DNA of 64,000 bases from Blastocladiella emersonii ATCC 22665 (Eukaryota; Fungi; Blastocladiomycota), in NCBI GenBank assembly GCA_025594325.1, contig JANHCV010000008.1:310001-374000 (forward strand), in the 5' to 3' direction. This document shows, piece after piece, positions 33,599 to 43,701 of the stretch (within the stretch, counting starts at the first letter, position 1; every line of letters starts with the position of its first letter). Made by a program: the position numbers and the translations under genes. Under the pieces are notes generated by a model. That model had not been told where the DNA came from, made no database searches, and was given only the letters and a program-made list of their open reading frames with translations.

Positions 33599-35347
33599 TC
33601 AAAATCCGTAATGCGTCCGCCGCGCGGCCTTCGCAACGCGCATCCAGATCTGCCCCGTCGCTTTGGCGTACATCCACTTGGGGAACTCGGCCAGCCCCGC
33701 GAGCGGCAGTGCGCCTCGCTTGATGGCCTTCTGATCGCCCGTCGTCTTGGCGAGCGTCCGACCGTCCTCGAGGTAGCCCTTCCACTCGGCCGCGAGCAGC
33801 GCGAGATCTTCGGGCACGTTGCTCTGCAGGCTCGAGACCGGCGGGAATGAGCCGTACGCGCGGAACGCAGCGATCAGCTCGTCGGCAATGAGATCGACCT
33901 TGGTCGCGGGCTTGCATTTGCGCAGCGGGTGGTTGCGAGAGAAGCGAAGCAGGTGAGGGAAGCGTATGCAGTAGACACACGGGCGCCAGTCGACGCGGGT
34001 CTTCTTCTTCTTCTTCTTCTTCTTCGATTTGGTACCCGTGGTCGAGTCCCGCTTCCGCTTGCGCTCGATGGCGCGGCGTTCGGCGGACTGAAGGACCAGA
34101 AAGTCGAGCCGATGCTTGATTCCGACGTGTGAGTGCTTTGGGTTCTGCACGAGGCCGAGCACGGACGGGTCGCACGCCTCGGGAAGCAGCGCGAGCTTGT
34201 CCAGGTAAACGGACTTCATGGGAGCGCAGCGCGAGACGCGGCGCGCGAAACCGGACTGCTGCAGGAGGTAGCAGAACTCGGTGTGGAAGTCGTTGAGGTC
34301 CGTGCCGGGCTTCCACTTGAGCGCAATCCACTTGATGAGCCACTGCGTGCGAAGCGGCGCTGAGACAGCGAGCATGAAGTCGCGCTCGGCGAGCGCGTCG
34401 GTCTTGTCGGGAAACATAAACGGCGCCACGGCGCAGAAGTCGTCGGCAGGCATGTTGTAGCGCGAAGCCATGAGCGCGGAGGCGAGCGAGCCTGCGGGAG
34501 CAAAGAGCCGTAGCGCGGCTATGAAGTCTCTTGCGTCCGTTGGACACGCACGATCGGGCTGTTGCGGAAGTCGGAAAAGCGGGCCGATGCGATAGATCAA
34601 GTCGGGGAGCGTCCAGTTGGCAGAGGTCGAATAAGCAGGAAAAAGTGGAGGTGATTCCAAGTCGGCGCGCAGCGGCAAGTCCGAGACACCAGTAATCACG
34701 CCACCGAAGTCAGAAGAAGTAGGCTCGTAGATTTCCGCGAAGAGACTGTCTTCGTAATCCGCAACGTGGGGACCCGCAACGTTGGACGACTCGTCACTGG
34801 TCATGCGGACAAGGTCCGATTCATGCAAAACTTCGGCATCGTTCTCGCTGTCGCTTACCTCGACGACCTCGGGCACAGTTGACCGCGGAGCGAAAGGTTT
34901 CGAGTCAAGCACGACAAGGCATGATTCAGAATCCGATTCGTTCCCACACGCTCGATCGAGTTCCCCGTCGTCCGGTGTGGAATCGATGGAAGAAGGTTTG
35001 CGCAGCGCCTGGGAGCGCGTTTCCAGCTCTGCCGTCAAGGACATTGGCGTTGGGCGGTTCGGTGCAAGGTGCTCGCGCTCAAATGGTTGAAGACGCTGCA
35101 GAAGCACACCGCGGATGCAAGGGATTCGAGCTTGCAGGAGACCAAACGGGTTCATTTCCATGGGTTCGGGCTGCGCACCCGTGGTCGGCGCGAACGGAGC
35201 TGCCAGCTCGTTTGGTCCTGCTGAACCGTCGCTGGAGCGCAAGCAAGGAAGCGAGGAGTCGAGAGACATAGTGCAGCAAGTTGGTCTATCGTTTGATTCA
35301 TGGAAGCTGCCATCGGCGAGGTTCACGGGGAGGGAGGGCTCTGCCAC
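33599..35347 (-). CDS. Hypothetical 582 aa protein with a possible gag-like helical domain, poly-Lys tract and Cys/His cluster
   Basis: Uninterrupted ORF; acidic N-half; WIALKWKPGTDLNDFHTEFCYLL...YLDKL resembles retrotransposon capsid patterns; KKKKKKKK then CVYC...H..RKC. Confidence 0.5.
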   Translation of the reverse strand: MAEPSLPVNLADGSFHESNDRPTCCTMSLDSSLPCLRSSDGSAGPNELAAPFAPTTGAQPEPMEMNPFGLLQARIPCIRGVLLQRLQPFEREHLAPNRPTPMSLTAELETRSQALRKPSSIDSTPDDGELDRACGNESDSESCLVVLDSKPFAPRSTVPEVVEVSDSENDAEVLHESDLVRMTSDESSNVAGPHVADYEDSLFAEIYEPTSSDFGGVITGVSDLPLRADLESPPLFPAYSTSANWTLPDLIYRIGPLFRLPQQPDRACPTDARDFIAALRLFAPAGSLASALMASRYNMPADDFCAVAPFMFPDKTDALAERDFMLAVSAPLRTQWLIKWIALKWKPGTDLNDFHTEFCYLLQQSGFARRVSRCAPMKSVYLDKLALLPEACDPSVLGLVQNPKHSHVGIKHRLDFLVLQSAERRAIERKRKRDSTTGTKSKKKKKKKKTRVDWRPCVYCIRFPHLLRFSRNHPLRKCKPATKVDLIADELIAAFRAYGSFPPVSSLQSNVPEDLALLAAEWKGYLEDGRTLAKTTGDQKAIKRGALPLAGLAEFPKWMYAKATGQIWMRVAKAARRTHYGF

Positions 35348-35495
35348 AAGCGCGAAGGACGTTCCTCGTTAAAATGTGGCGCCGCCGCCGTGTGATGGCG
35401 TTCGGCCTGCGCCCCCTCATCGCCGAGCGAGTCACTGGCCGGTTCCTTGTCCCGCATTACCATGGAGAGCGGCGTCGATGCCCGTATGTAACCTG

Positions 35496-38400
35496 ATGCA
35501 ACACGTCGAGGAGTGTGACAAGCAACTCATGCCGTTGCTTTATGCCCGCCAGCAGCACCCCCGCCCGACGCCGTAGCCGGCCTGGCGCGCTGCCGCGCCC
35601 TGCTCGCCCGGCTAGCCGAGCACTGCGGCTCCCCGCCCGGCGAGGACATGATCTTCCCCGTCGGCGACGGCCGCTTCGTCACGCTCGAGAGCGTGCTCCG
35701 CATCGCGAGCGACACCCTTCACGTCACGCATTTCTCGAGCGCCATCATCCACCTGCTGCTGCGCGACGCCAAGAACCGCTGCGGGAGGGAGCTGAGCAAG
35801 TTTCTCTTCGCCCCGCTCCGGACCGTGCGCGACGCGTTCGGCAGCGCGCCATGGGACGGCACGATCGCGCGCGCCGCGGGCAAGGTGCTGCGGGCGTGGC
35901 TCGCCGACAACCTCGTCGACACCAACGAGTTCGTGATCCTGCCGTGCGACGCGGAGACCGCGCCTTTGTCCTGCTCGTCGTGTACCACATCGACGGCGGC
36001 ACGCGGTACTCGGCCATCCGGTTCGGCGGCACCTCGCCGCGCGCTTCGGCGTTCCTCGACTGTGCCATCCTGGCCATCGCCGACGACCAGCCGCCGCACG
36101 CCGCGCGCGTGTCGCTGCGTGTGTTCCCGGCCATCGGCGAGCACTCGGGCGTGTGCGACTACGTCGAGAACGGCGGCGCCGAGTTCTTCTACTCGCTCCC
36201 CAAGATCATCGCCAAGGCCGAGGCCATCCACAACGTGCTCCATCCCCGGCGGGAAGGCCAGACCAACCTCGCGTACCTCGGCCTCGCGCCGCTCTGCAAG
36301 GACGGCGCGCACGCGCCGCTGCCGCCATCGTTTCGGCTCGAGCTCGTCCTGCGGTTGCTGCCCTTTCTCGCCAGGTCGGCCCGCGATAAGATTACCGTTT
36401 CGTCCGCCCTCGAACTCGATATCAATAGCCTGCTCGGCCTCGCCAGCTTCCCCAACAAGCGGTGGCGCCGCATGCAGATGGACGGCGGGTGGGCCGCCGA
36501 CAAACTCGCCCCGATCTTTACCTCGGCGCAGGAGAAGCCGCCCAGCTCCCAGAAGCGCACGTTTGACCCTCGCCCATACTTTCATTTAGTTTGTCCACTC
36601 ACGCTCGCCCATCTGTGTAGGCCCTGCCGACGAACCGCTCGAGCGCCCACCCGAGAAGCGGTCGAAACCCTCGCAGCGGCCTATCGAGTACATCAGCCTC
36701 GTGTCGTCGGACGACGACGACGAGCCGCCCGCCATCAAATTCCAACCCGAACCCGAACCAGAACCAGAACCAGATCCTGTCCCTGAACCCGAACCCGTGG
36801 TCGTGCCCGCGATCCAGGAGCTCAACCACGGCACGTGCATCGAGCTCGTCGTCCCGCCCGCTGCGAACGGGACCATCGCCGCGCCGCCGCCCGACAACCT
36901 GCTGCTCGTGCACCACCTCATCGCGTCGTGCCACTCGAACGCGGACCTTGGCTCCGCGCGCGCGTGGCGCAACCCCGACCACGAGTCCGTCTTCGTCTAC
37001 CACCAGACGCCGGCAAGGCAGACGCACCTCCTGCGCGTCATGCCGCTCGAGGGCGACGTGCCGTGGGAAGACGCGGTCGCCATGATGCAGGTCGTCCAGG
37101 CTGCGCGGCCTTCGGTTCGTTTGGACCCATTCTGTACGATCGCGCGATCACTGACGCGAGTCTCGCCGCTATGTAGACTGCCAAGTCGGCGCCGCCAAGG
37201 CGGAGTCATTCGAGCCGCGACGCGCAGGCGACGCCCGCGCCAGCGGGCGGCAGCTCGCAGCTCGCGCTGCCGCCAACACCCGCGTCGCCTGTGCCCGCTT
37301 CGGTTGCCGATATTCGCGGTGGGAACCTCGACCCGGTCGTCAAGCCGATGCTACCCGATATCATCCGACTGCTGGGCCTCGACACGTTCGGCGAGCAGGC
37401 GTCGAGCTCGCTCACCGTGTCGATGGCGCTGAACCTCGCAGTCCTGCGCGCGGCCGAGTCGATGCTCGCGTCCGACGACGCCGTACGGGACCTCAAGCGG
37501 TTCCTCGCGCGGCTCGCCGACTCGGCCAACGTCGACGTGTCACGCGCGCTCTGCCGCCCGTGCACGATCGACGAGTACAAGTCCATGTGGGCGAGCGCGA
37601 GCGCCGCGCCGGGCCCGAACCTGACGCATCCGCTGTCGTCGACCATACGCGTGTTCCGCTCGATCTCGCAGGCGCAACGGCTCATTGTCGTGGTTGCGTG
37701 CATCGTCGACAACCTCGCGGCCGCGCTCGGCACCGCGCACATCGACGTGCCCGCCAACGCGGACCGCCTGCACCTCATGATCGCCGTCGACCGGCTCGCC
37801 AAGGACGACTGGGAGTGGTGCCTCGAGTGGTTCGCGCGCACCGTTGCGCCCACGGCGGACCTGCGCGAGCTCGGCCTGGGTATCGCTCCTGTCAAGAAAG
37901 GGGTTCGAAAGCTCCGCGCGGCGCTCGAGGCGCACCCGCTCGACCCTTTCATCCAGCTGCTCGCGCCGGTCTCCCTCGCCGCCGCGTACCCATCGCTCGC
38001 TCCGCACTCGGTCAACACGCGTGCCCGCCATGAATCAAGCCGCGCCGCGACCGTGATCGCGCTCACCGACCCCGCGTTCCGCGACCCGGTGATCGCCCGC
38101 GTCCAGGAAATCGCAAACGCCGACGGCCTCGTCCCGACCGTCCGCGCGTACCTCGTGTTCGCCGCCGCGTGCGTCACGTCGCCCGCGGTCCTCGTCCCGT
38201 CGCCCACCAGGTTTGACGGGCGGCCCGCGTACGCGCTCGCCCATGCCGATTCGCCCGTCGGGATCACGGTACCCGCGTACCGCGCGCCGCTGGCTTCACC
38301 CGCGTCCGCGGGTCACGCGCAGTGGCGCGTCGCGGACGCAGAACGCGCGCAGCCGCGCGGCGTCTGGCGCAGGACGCAGATCGGCAAGATTCTGTGGAAG

Positions 38401-38502
38401 CGCGAGGACGCGCAGGCGCCTGCCGCGCTGGTCGGGTGGGACGAGTTCAAGCGCACGCACAAGGCCGCGCTCGATGTGCTCGCGCGCGCAGCGAAGAGAT
38501 GA
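35496..38502 (+). pseudogene. Large frameshifted gene: N-terminal Ulp1/C48-like fold + C-terminal unknown 'A' domain
   Basis: HFSSAIIHLLL...KFLF...VLRAWL...EFVILPC..AFVLLVVY follows the Ulp1 pattern but lacks the catalytic HW; shifts near 35560 and 35950; probable introns about 36560-36620 and 37114-37156; (EP)n linker 36744-36800. Confidence 0.5.
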
Positions 38503-38599
38503 TGATGGAACGCATGATGTTTTTGATGATCCTCCGCCGACGCGACCTGATGTTGCCCTTGAAGTCGCTGCACGATGCTCGTGGTTGGTCCGCAAGCAG

Positions 38600-38980
38600 T
38601 AACTACGCGAGTGGGTGAGTTTTGGCTCGGTTGTACTTCTCGGACATAAAGTCGCGGTACTTCAGGTTGCTATCGTCCATGCACTTGCACGGCGCCGCCG
38701 CCGAGAAGAGGCTCAACCTGAAGCGCGTCAATGAATAGGTGTTACTCGCGGAGGATAAACGTGTCGCCTAGCTTGACCACAGTCCCAACGTTGCAACGAA
38801 GTCGCCGCTGTCGAACCTAAAAGAGCAGCGTGAGTTCATCTCGACAACGCGCTGCTTGCGCTCGTCGGCCGCCAGTGAGACCGGACAGAGCAGGTCCACG
38901 GCCTGTCTGTGTTCAGTGTGCACGGAAAGCAATGCACGTGATATGACCAACGCGCTCGTCGCTGGCCGGAGGAACCGCAA
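38600..38980 (-). pseudogene. Cassette gene D, copy 0 (3' remnant)
   Basis: AVDLLCPVSLAADERKQRVVEMNSRCSFRFDSGDF aligns with AMDRVCSFSLTFDERQKRLKEIHDFCLLKFDRDDF (40.3 kb) and LKQLLPSSLTPEERELREMAIHMMCKFKFDRHSVF (42.55 kb). Confidence 0.55.
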
Positions 38981-39049
38981 GAGAGTATGTGATCCGTCGG
39001 GATCTACTCGCTCGATCGTTCATTGAGGCTTTCACGGTTACCGATATGG

Positions 39050-39759
39050 CATTTCAGCGAAGTACATGCGCGAGCTCAGGCTTGATGCCAACGAGTTGCA
39101 ACACGTCTACCGTCGGTTCCGCGCGGCGCTTAAAGACCACCCGCTCGACCAGCTTGTGCAGCTGCCGACCGACCGCAGTGGCCGTCGCCGAATTCCCGCC
39201 GCTTGCGCCGCACCTCTTCGACTTGCGCGTGCGCAGCCTCGTGAGCCGCGCCGCGACCGGCCTTGCGCTCGCCGATCCCGCGTACCGCCACCGCGCCCTT
39301 GGCCGCGTCCAGGAGATCACGCGCGCCGACGGCCTGCTCGCCGCGGCCAACATCGACTCGCCCGCACACCTTGTCCTGTCGCACAAGTTCGGCACCTGGT
39401 CCGCGTACGCGCTCGCCCACGCGTGGTCGGCGAGCGAGCAGGTCGGGATCTCGGTGCCCGGATTCTGCCCGGTGCAGGACCCACCGCCACCGCTCCAGCT
39501 ACCGTCAACTGCGCTGCCGCCGCCGCCCCAGCCCGCGTACACGGCTCACGTCTACTGGCGCCTTTCGAACGCAGAGCGCGCGCAGCCGCTCGGCGAGTAC
39601 CGCAGGTCGCGCATCGTCCAGAGCCTCGGGTATTGCGCGCCGCCCGAGCCCGCTGCTGTCGCGACCACGCTCAACGGGTGGGACGAGTTCAAGCGCGTGC
39701 ACGCGGCGGAACTCGACGCGATTGCGCGCGGCGGGTATAGGCCGCAGAAGGCGAGTTGA
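39050..39759 (+). pseudogene. Cassette gene A, copy 2 (5'-truncated, frameshifted)
   Basis: MRELRL...RAALKDHPLD, RVQEITRADGL, WRLSNAERAQP, GWDEFKRVH match the A domain at 37.8-38.5 kb. Confidence 0.7.
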
Positions 39760-40072
39760 ACGCAGACGCGGCATAGTTGTATTTTGATTCTTTGAGCTCG
39801 TGAGAAGCGAAGGTTCGTGGTCCAGTGAACGGGATGTTCGGCTGAACGATCCAGATGTGGCGCAACGCGTTAGCGCGACCTTCAACTCAAATCTTCCGTG
39901 TGGTTACTCGCAGGTCGGCTTGACTTGCTTGCACGCGCGGTGAAGGCAAAGATGGAGAATGTAGAGTTGCACAGTATATTCTTCGCTCAATCAATGCACG
40001 GCCGTGGCTGCGGGCAGTGTGAGGCGCGCGGTTGGCGCGCGAGATGGGCTTTGGCGAGTAAACCCGGCGTCG

Positions 40073-41184
40073 CTAGTGAAGTTTCTGGCCCAGCACGACC
40101 AAGAATTTGCGAAGTTTGGGGTTCTTGGTGTGGCGGGCTGGCATCCAAGCGTTGTTGCCCGACAGGAGCGTCTTGATCTCAAGCGCATTGGCAAACGCAT
40201 GGAAATCGCGGATGGTGGCCTGGTCGCCACGCTTGGTCTTGTCGAGCTTGAGCGATTTAAGGAAGTCGTCGCGGTCAAACTTGAGCAAGCAGAAGTCGTG
40301 AATCTCTTTCAAGCGTTTCTGGCGCTCGTCGAACGTCAGCGAGAACGAGCACACGCGATCCATGGCCTCCGGCAGCGACAGCGTCAACTCGGGATTCGAG
40401 GCCTTTTCCATCATGATCACGAGCGTCGCGATGCGGATGCAGCTGGTGCGGAGATACTGGGCGGGAGTAGGCTCGGGCCCGTCGATCGTATCAAAGTAGA
40501 TGCAGCGCACAAGCAGCTTGGTAGGCAGAGTCCACGCGAGGCTCTTGTGCAAAGCACCTGGCTTGCGCGTGTCGGGGTCCGACATGAGCAACTACAGTAC
40601 CGGGGGGAAACAGTGAGTTTTGACTACAATCAGTTGCAGCAGGCAGCGCGCACCTCAACAAGGTCGTTCATGTACTGTACACCTTGCTCAAACAAGGCGT
40701 CATTGGTCATAGTCCGGTACATTGACTTGGACATTCGAGGACCCAATTCCCGGAAGAGGACCTCGTAGTCAATCTCGGAAGTATGCGTGGCGTTGGAGAA
40801 CGCTCGGTCATCCTCGTCTGAGAGCGTCCAACCGCCCGTGCGACTCTCCTGCAAGCGCAAGTCTTATCAGCCAGCTACTCTCCAAGGATAAGATCCAACC
40901 ACAACGGAAAGGAAACGCACCAAATCCGCGCTCTCAGCAGCCTTCGACCGCGCCGCCTTCCAGTTTGCGTGCTGCACGACGTTGGCGCGGTGGATGACCG
41001 ACTTTTTGTGATGACGAATCGCTTCGGCGCGGAAGTGCACACCGCACGACTCGCACCAGTCGTAACCGTTGCCCGACTCGAAAGCGGGCGGAAGGTCGGC
41101 GGGCGGCTTCGTCGGCGGATTCACTCGGCGAGCACGCGAGTCGAGCCACTCGAGGTCATGTTCATTGGAATTCGGTGCATTCAT
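40073..41184 (-). CDS. Cassette gene D/E, copy 1: U1C/matrin-type zinc finger + unknown helical domain (3 exons)
   Basis: Exon 1 MNAPN...WCESCGVHFRAEAIRHHKKSVIHRANV (C-x2-C...H-x5-H); GTGCGT..CAG intron; exon 2 about 40650-40850; intron; exon 3 ORF 40073-40591. Confidence 0.6.
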
Positions 41185-41339
41185 TGCATGAAGTTCATTC
41201 GTTGCATCGACGGGAATCGTAGAGACTGGAAGGACCGAGGCGAAGAGGCGCCGTGGCGGCGAGCGACCCGTGGGAATGGGGCGCACGTGCATATGAACGG
41301 CGCGTCCAGGGGCCGCGGGAGCACCCTTGACTTAAGTCA

Positions 41340-42200
41340 AGACTTTACGTCTGAGCTCACCTCGCGTAAATTGCCAAAAACCTCGTGGCCGCGCTCGGCA
41401 CTGCGTACATCAACGTGGAGCCAAACGCGGACTGCCTGCACCTCATGGTCGCCGTCGACTGGCTCGCCAAGGAAGATTTGGAGCGGTGCCTCGAGTGGTT
41501 CGCGCACACCGTCGCGCCCGCCGGCGCGGACCTGCGCGAACTCGGGCTCGGGAACCAGAGCGAGATCAAGCAGTGCCTCCGAAAACTCCGCGCCGCACTC
41601 GAGGCGCACGCGCTCGACCCGTTCATTCAGCTGCTCGCGCTGACGGGCACCGCGGCCGCGTTCCCGGCGCTCGCGCCACACACGATCAACCCGCGCGCGC
41701 GGTACGAGGCGAGCCGCATCGCGACCGTCATCGCGCTCACCGACCCTCGTACCGCGACTGCGTCATGGCGCGCGTCCAGGAGATCGCGCAAGCCGACGGC
41801 CTCGTCCCCGCCGTTCGCGCGTAGCTCGTGTTTGCCGCTGCGTGTGTCATGTTGCCTGCAGTCCTCGTCCCGTCGCGAACCAAGCTCAACGGGCGGCCCA
41901 CGTTCGCACTCGCCCACACAACAGTGGGGGATTCGCCGCTCGGGATCGTGGTGCCCGGGTACCGCACGCCCTGCCCGACGATTAAGCTGTTCCAGCGCAG
42001 CTGGCATTTCTGAGCGACGCGCAGTGGCGCATCGCGAACGTGAAACGCACGCAGCCGGTCGGCGGCTGCCGCAGGACGTGGATCAGCAAGATTCTGTGGG
42101 AGCGCGAGAACAAAGGCGCCCGCGGCGCTGGTCGAGTGGGACGAGCATAAGCGCGCCCAGCAGGCGGTGACTGGCGTCCTGGCTTGTGCAGCGAAGCGAC
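41340..42200 (+). pseudogene. Cassette gene A, copy 3 (5'-truncated, frameshifted)
   Basis: High nucleotide similarity to 37700-38500 (AALGTAYINVEPNADCLHLMVAVD...RELGL...RAALEAHALDPFIQLL). Confidence 0.75.
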
Positions 42201-42299
42201 GATGTATATACGATGTATTCGAGGGTTTGTGTTTAGAGTTGACAACAGACACGGGTTGGGGCTGCAAGCGGCGCACTGGATGTAAATTGCGTGCCGCGG

Positions 42300-43313
42300 T
42301 CAAAGCAACAGGTCTCGTAGATGGTCGGCGAATTTCCTGAACAGGACGATGCCGAACTTCAGGAACTTCTTGTCGCCCCTAGCCATCCACGCCATGTTGT
42401 CGGCCTTGATCGACTCAATCTGAAGAGCGTCGGCCCACTCGTGATAGTCGCGAATGAAGGCCTGGTCGCTCGGCTTGTTCGCATCCAACAGCAAGGCGAG
42501 GAACACGGAGTGCCGGTCGAACTTGAATTTACACATCATGTGGATCGCCATCTCGCGCAGCTCGCGCTCCTCGGGTGTAAGCGAGGACGGGAGGAGCTGC
42601 TTCAGCACGCTGGAAGTGTCCACGGTGGACGCAGGATTTGACGTCTTCTCCATCATGGCCAGGAGCAACGCGATGCGAAGACAGCTGATAAAGTGAGAAC
42701 TGGTGTCATCAGGCCCAGACCATTTCGTCTGGGCTGCTGCAAAAACTCTGTGCTCAAGCTCCTCGGTTGTCAGGGTCCACGCGGCACACGTGTGAAGAGT
42801 ACCCGGCGTTCCCGTCACTGGGTCGGCCACGAGGACTTTCTCGGCAGCGGTCAAGCAAATATCGAGCGCGAAAGGCGTGGCGACCTCCGATGCTGCCCGC
42901 TCATTGGCAGCCGCAGAAATGGAGTTGCTAGTCGATCCAGTCTATGCGGGCACATCATTAAGGAGCGGTTTCATGAGTTCTGGAAAGCGACGTACAGTTT
43001 CCTGAGCTTGGCGTAAACCGCTTTGCGTGACGGCGCTTCCAGTAGCCGTGGACCGCGCGGCCTTCCACTGCGCGTACCGCACGACGTTGGCGCGGTGCAC
43101 AACCGACTTCTTGTGCCGGCGAAGGCGCTCGGTACGGAAGTGCACGCCGCACGGACCACACCACTCGTAACCGTTGCCCGACTCGAAAGCGGGCGGGAGG
43201 TCAGTGGGTGGCTTCGCGGGCGGGTTGACACGGCGCGCGGGCGAGTCGAGCCACTCGCGGTAGTGTTCTTTGGGGTTCGGTGCATCCATTGCAGGGAGTT
43301 GAGTAAGATCCAT
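42300..43313 (-). CDS. Cassette gene D/E, copy 2 (zinc finger exon + helical-domain exon)
   Basis: MDLTQLPAMDAPNP...WCGPCGVHFRTERLRRHKKSVVHRANV, then GTACGT intron to exon ORF 42300-42854 (CLRIALLLAMMEKTSNP; compare CIRIATLVIMMEKASNP). Confidence 0.6.
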
Positions 43314-43701
43314 GGATTGCGCTTGGCGGCAACTCGGGGAGAAAAGTGACCAAGCGTGAGCAGCAATGAAGCGCTCTGCCGGAACTGACAGGCGCCTGAG
43401 CCTCATAAGTGAGGCATGCGCCACACGAGGCATGCGCCACACGTGAAGTGAGCGCCGCGTCACACGCGGCAAGACGGGGCCACCTAGTGCTCCGTCGTAG
43501 ACAAAAGTTTCCTTCTGAAGGTTTAACAACCCCGTTCGATACTTTCCGAGGGAATGAATGCGTTTTGAGCCAACTTTGGGTGCAGCAGCTTGAAAACAAC
43601 CCGTGAGCCTGCAAGCTTGCTGGCGTGTGCAGCTCATTCCTGTACTAATCGGACTCCTCCCGCGGGTTCTCCCACTTCTTACTAATGCATCCGTCCGAGG
43701 T

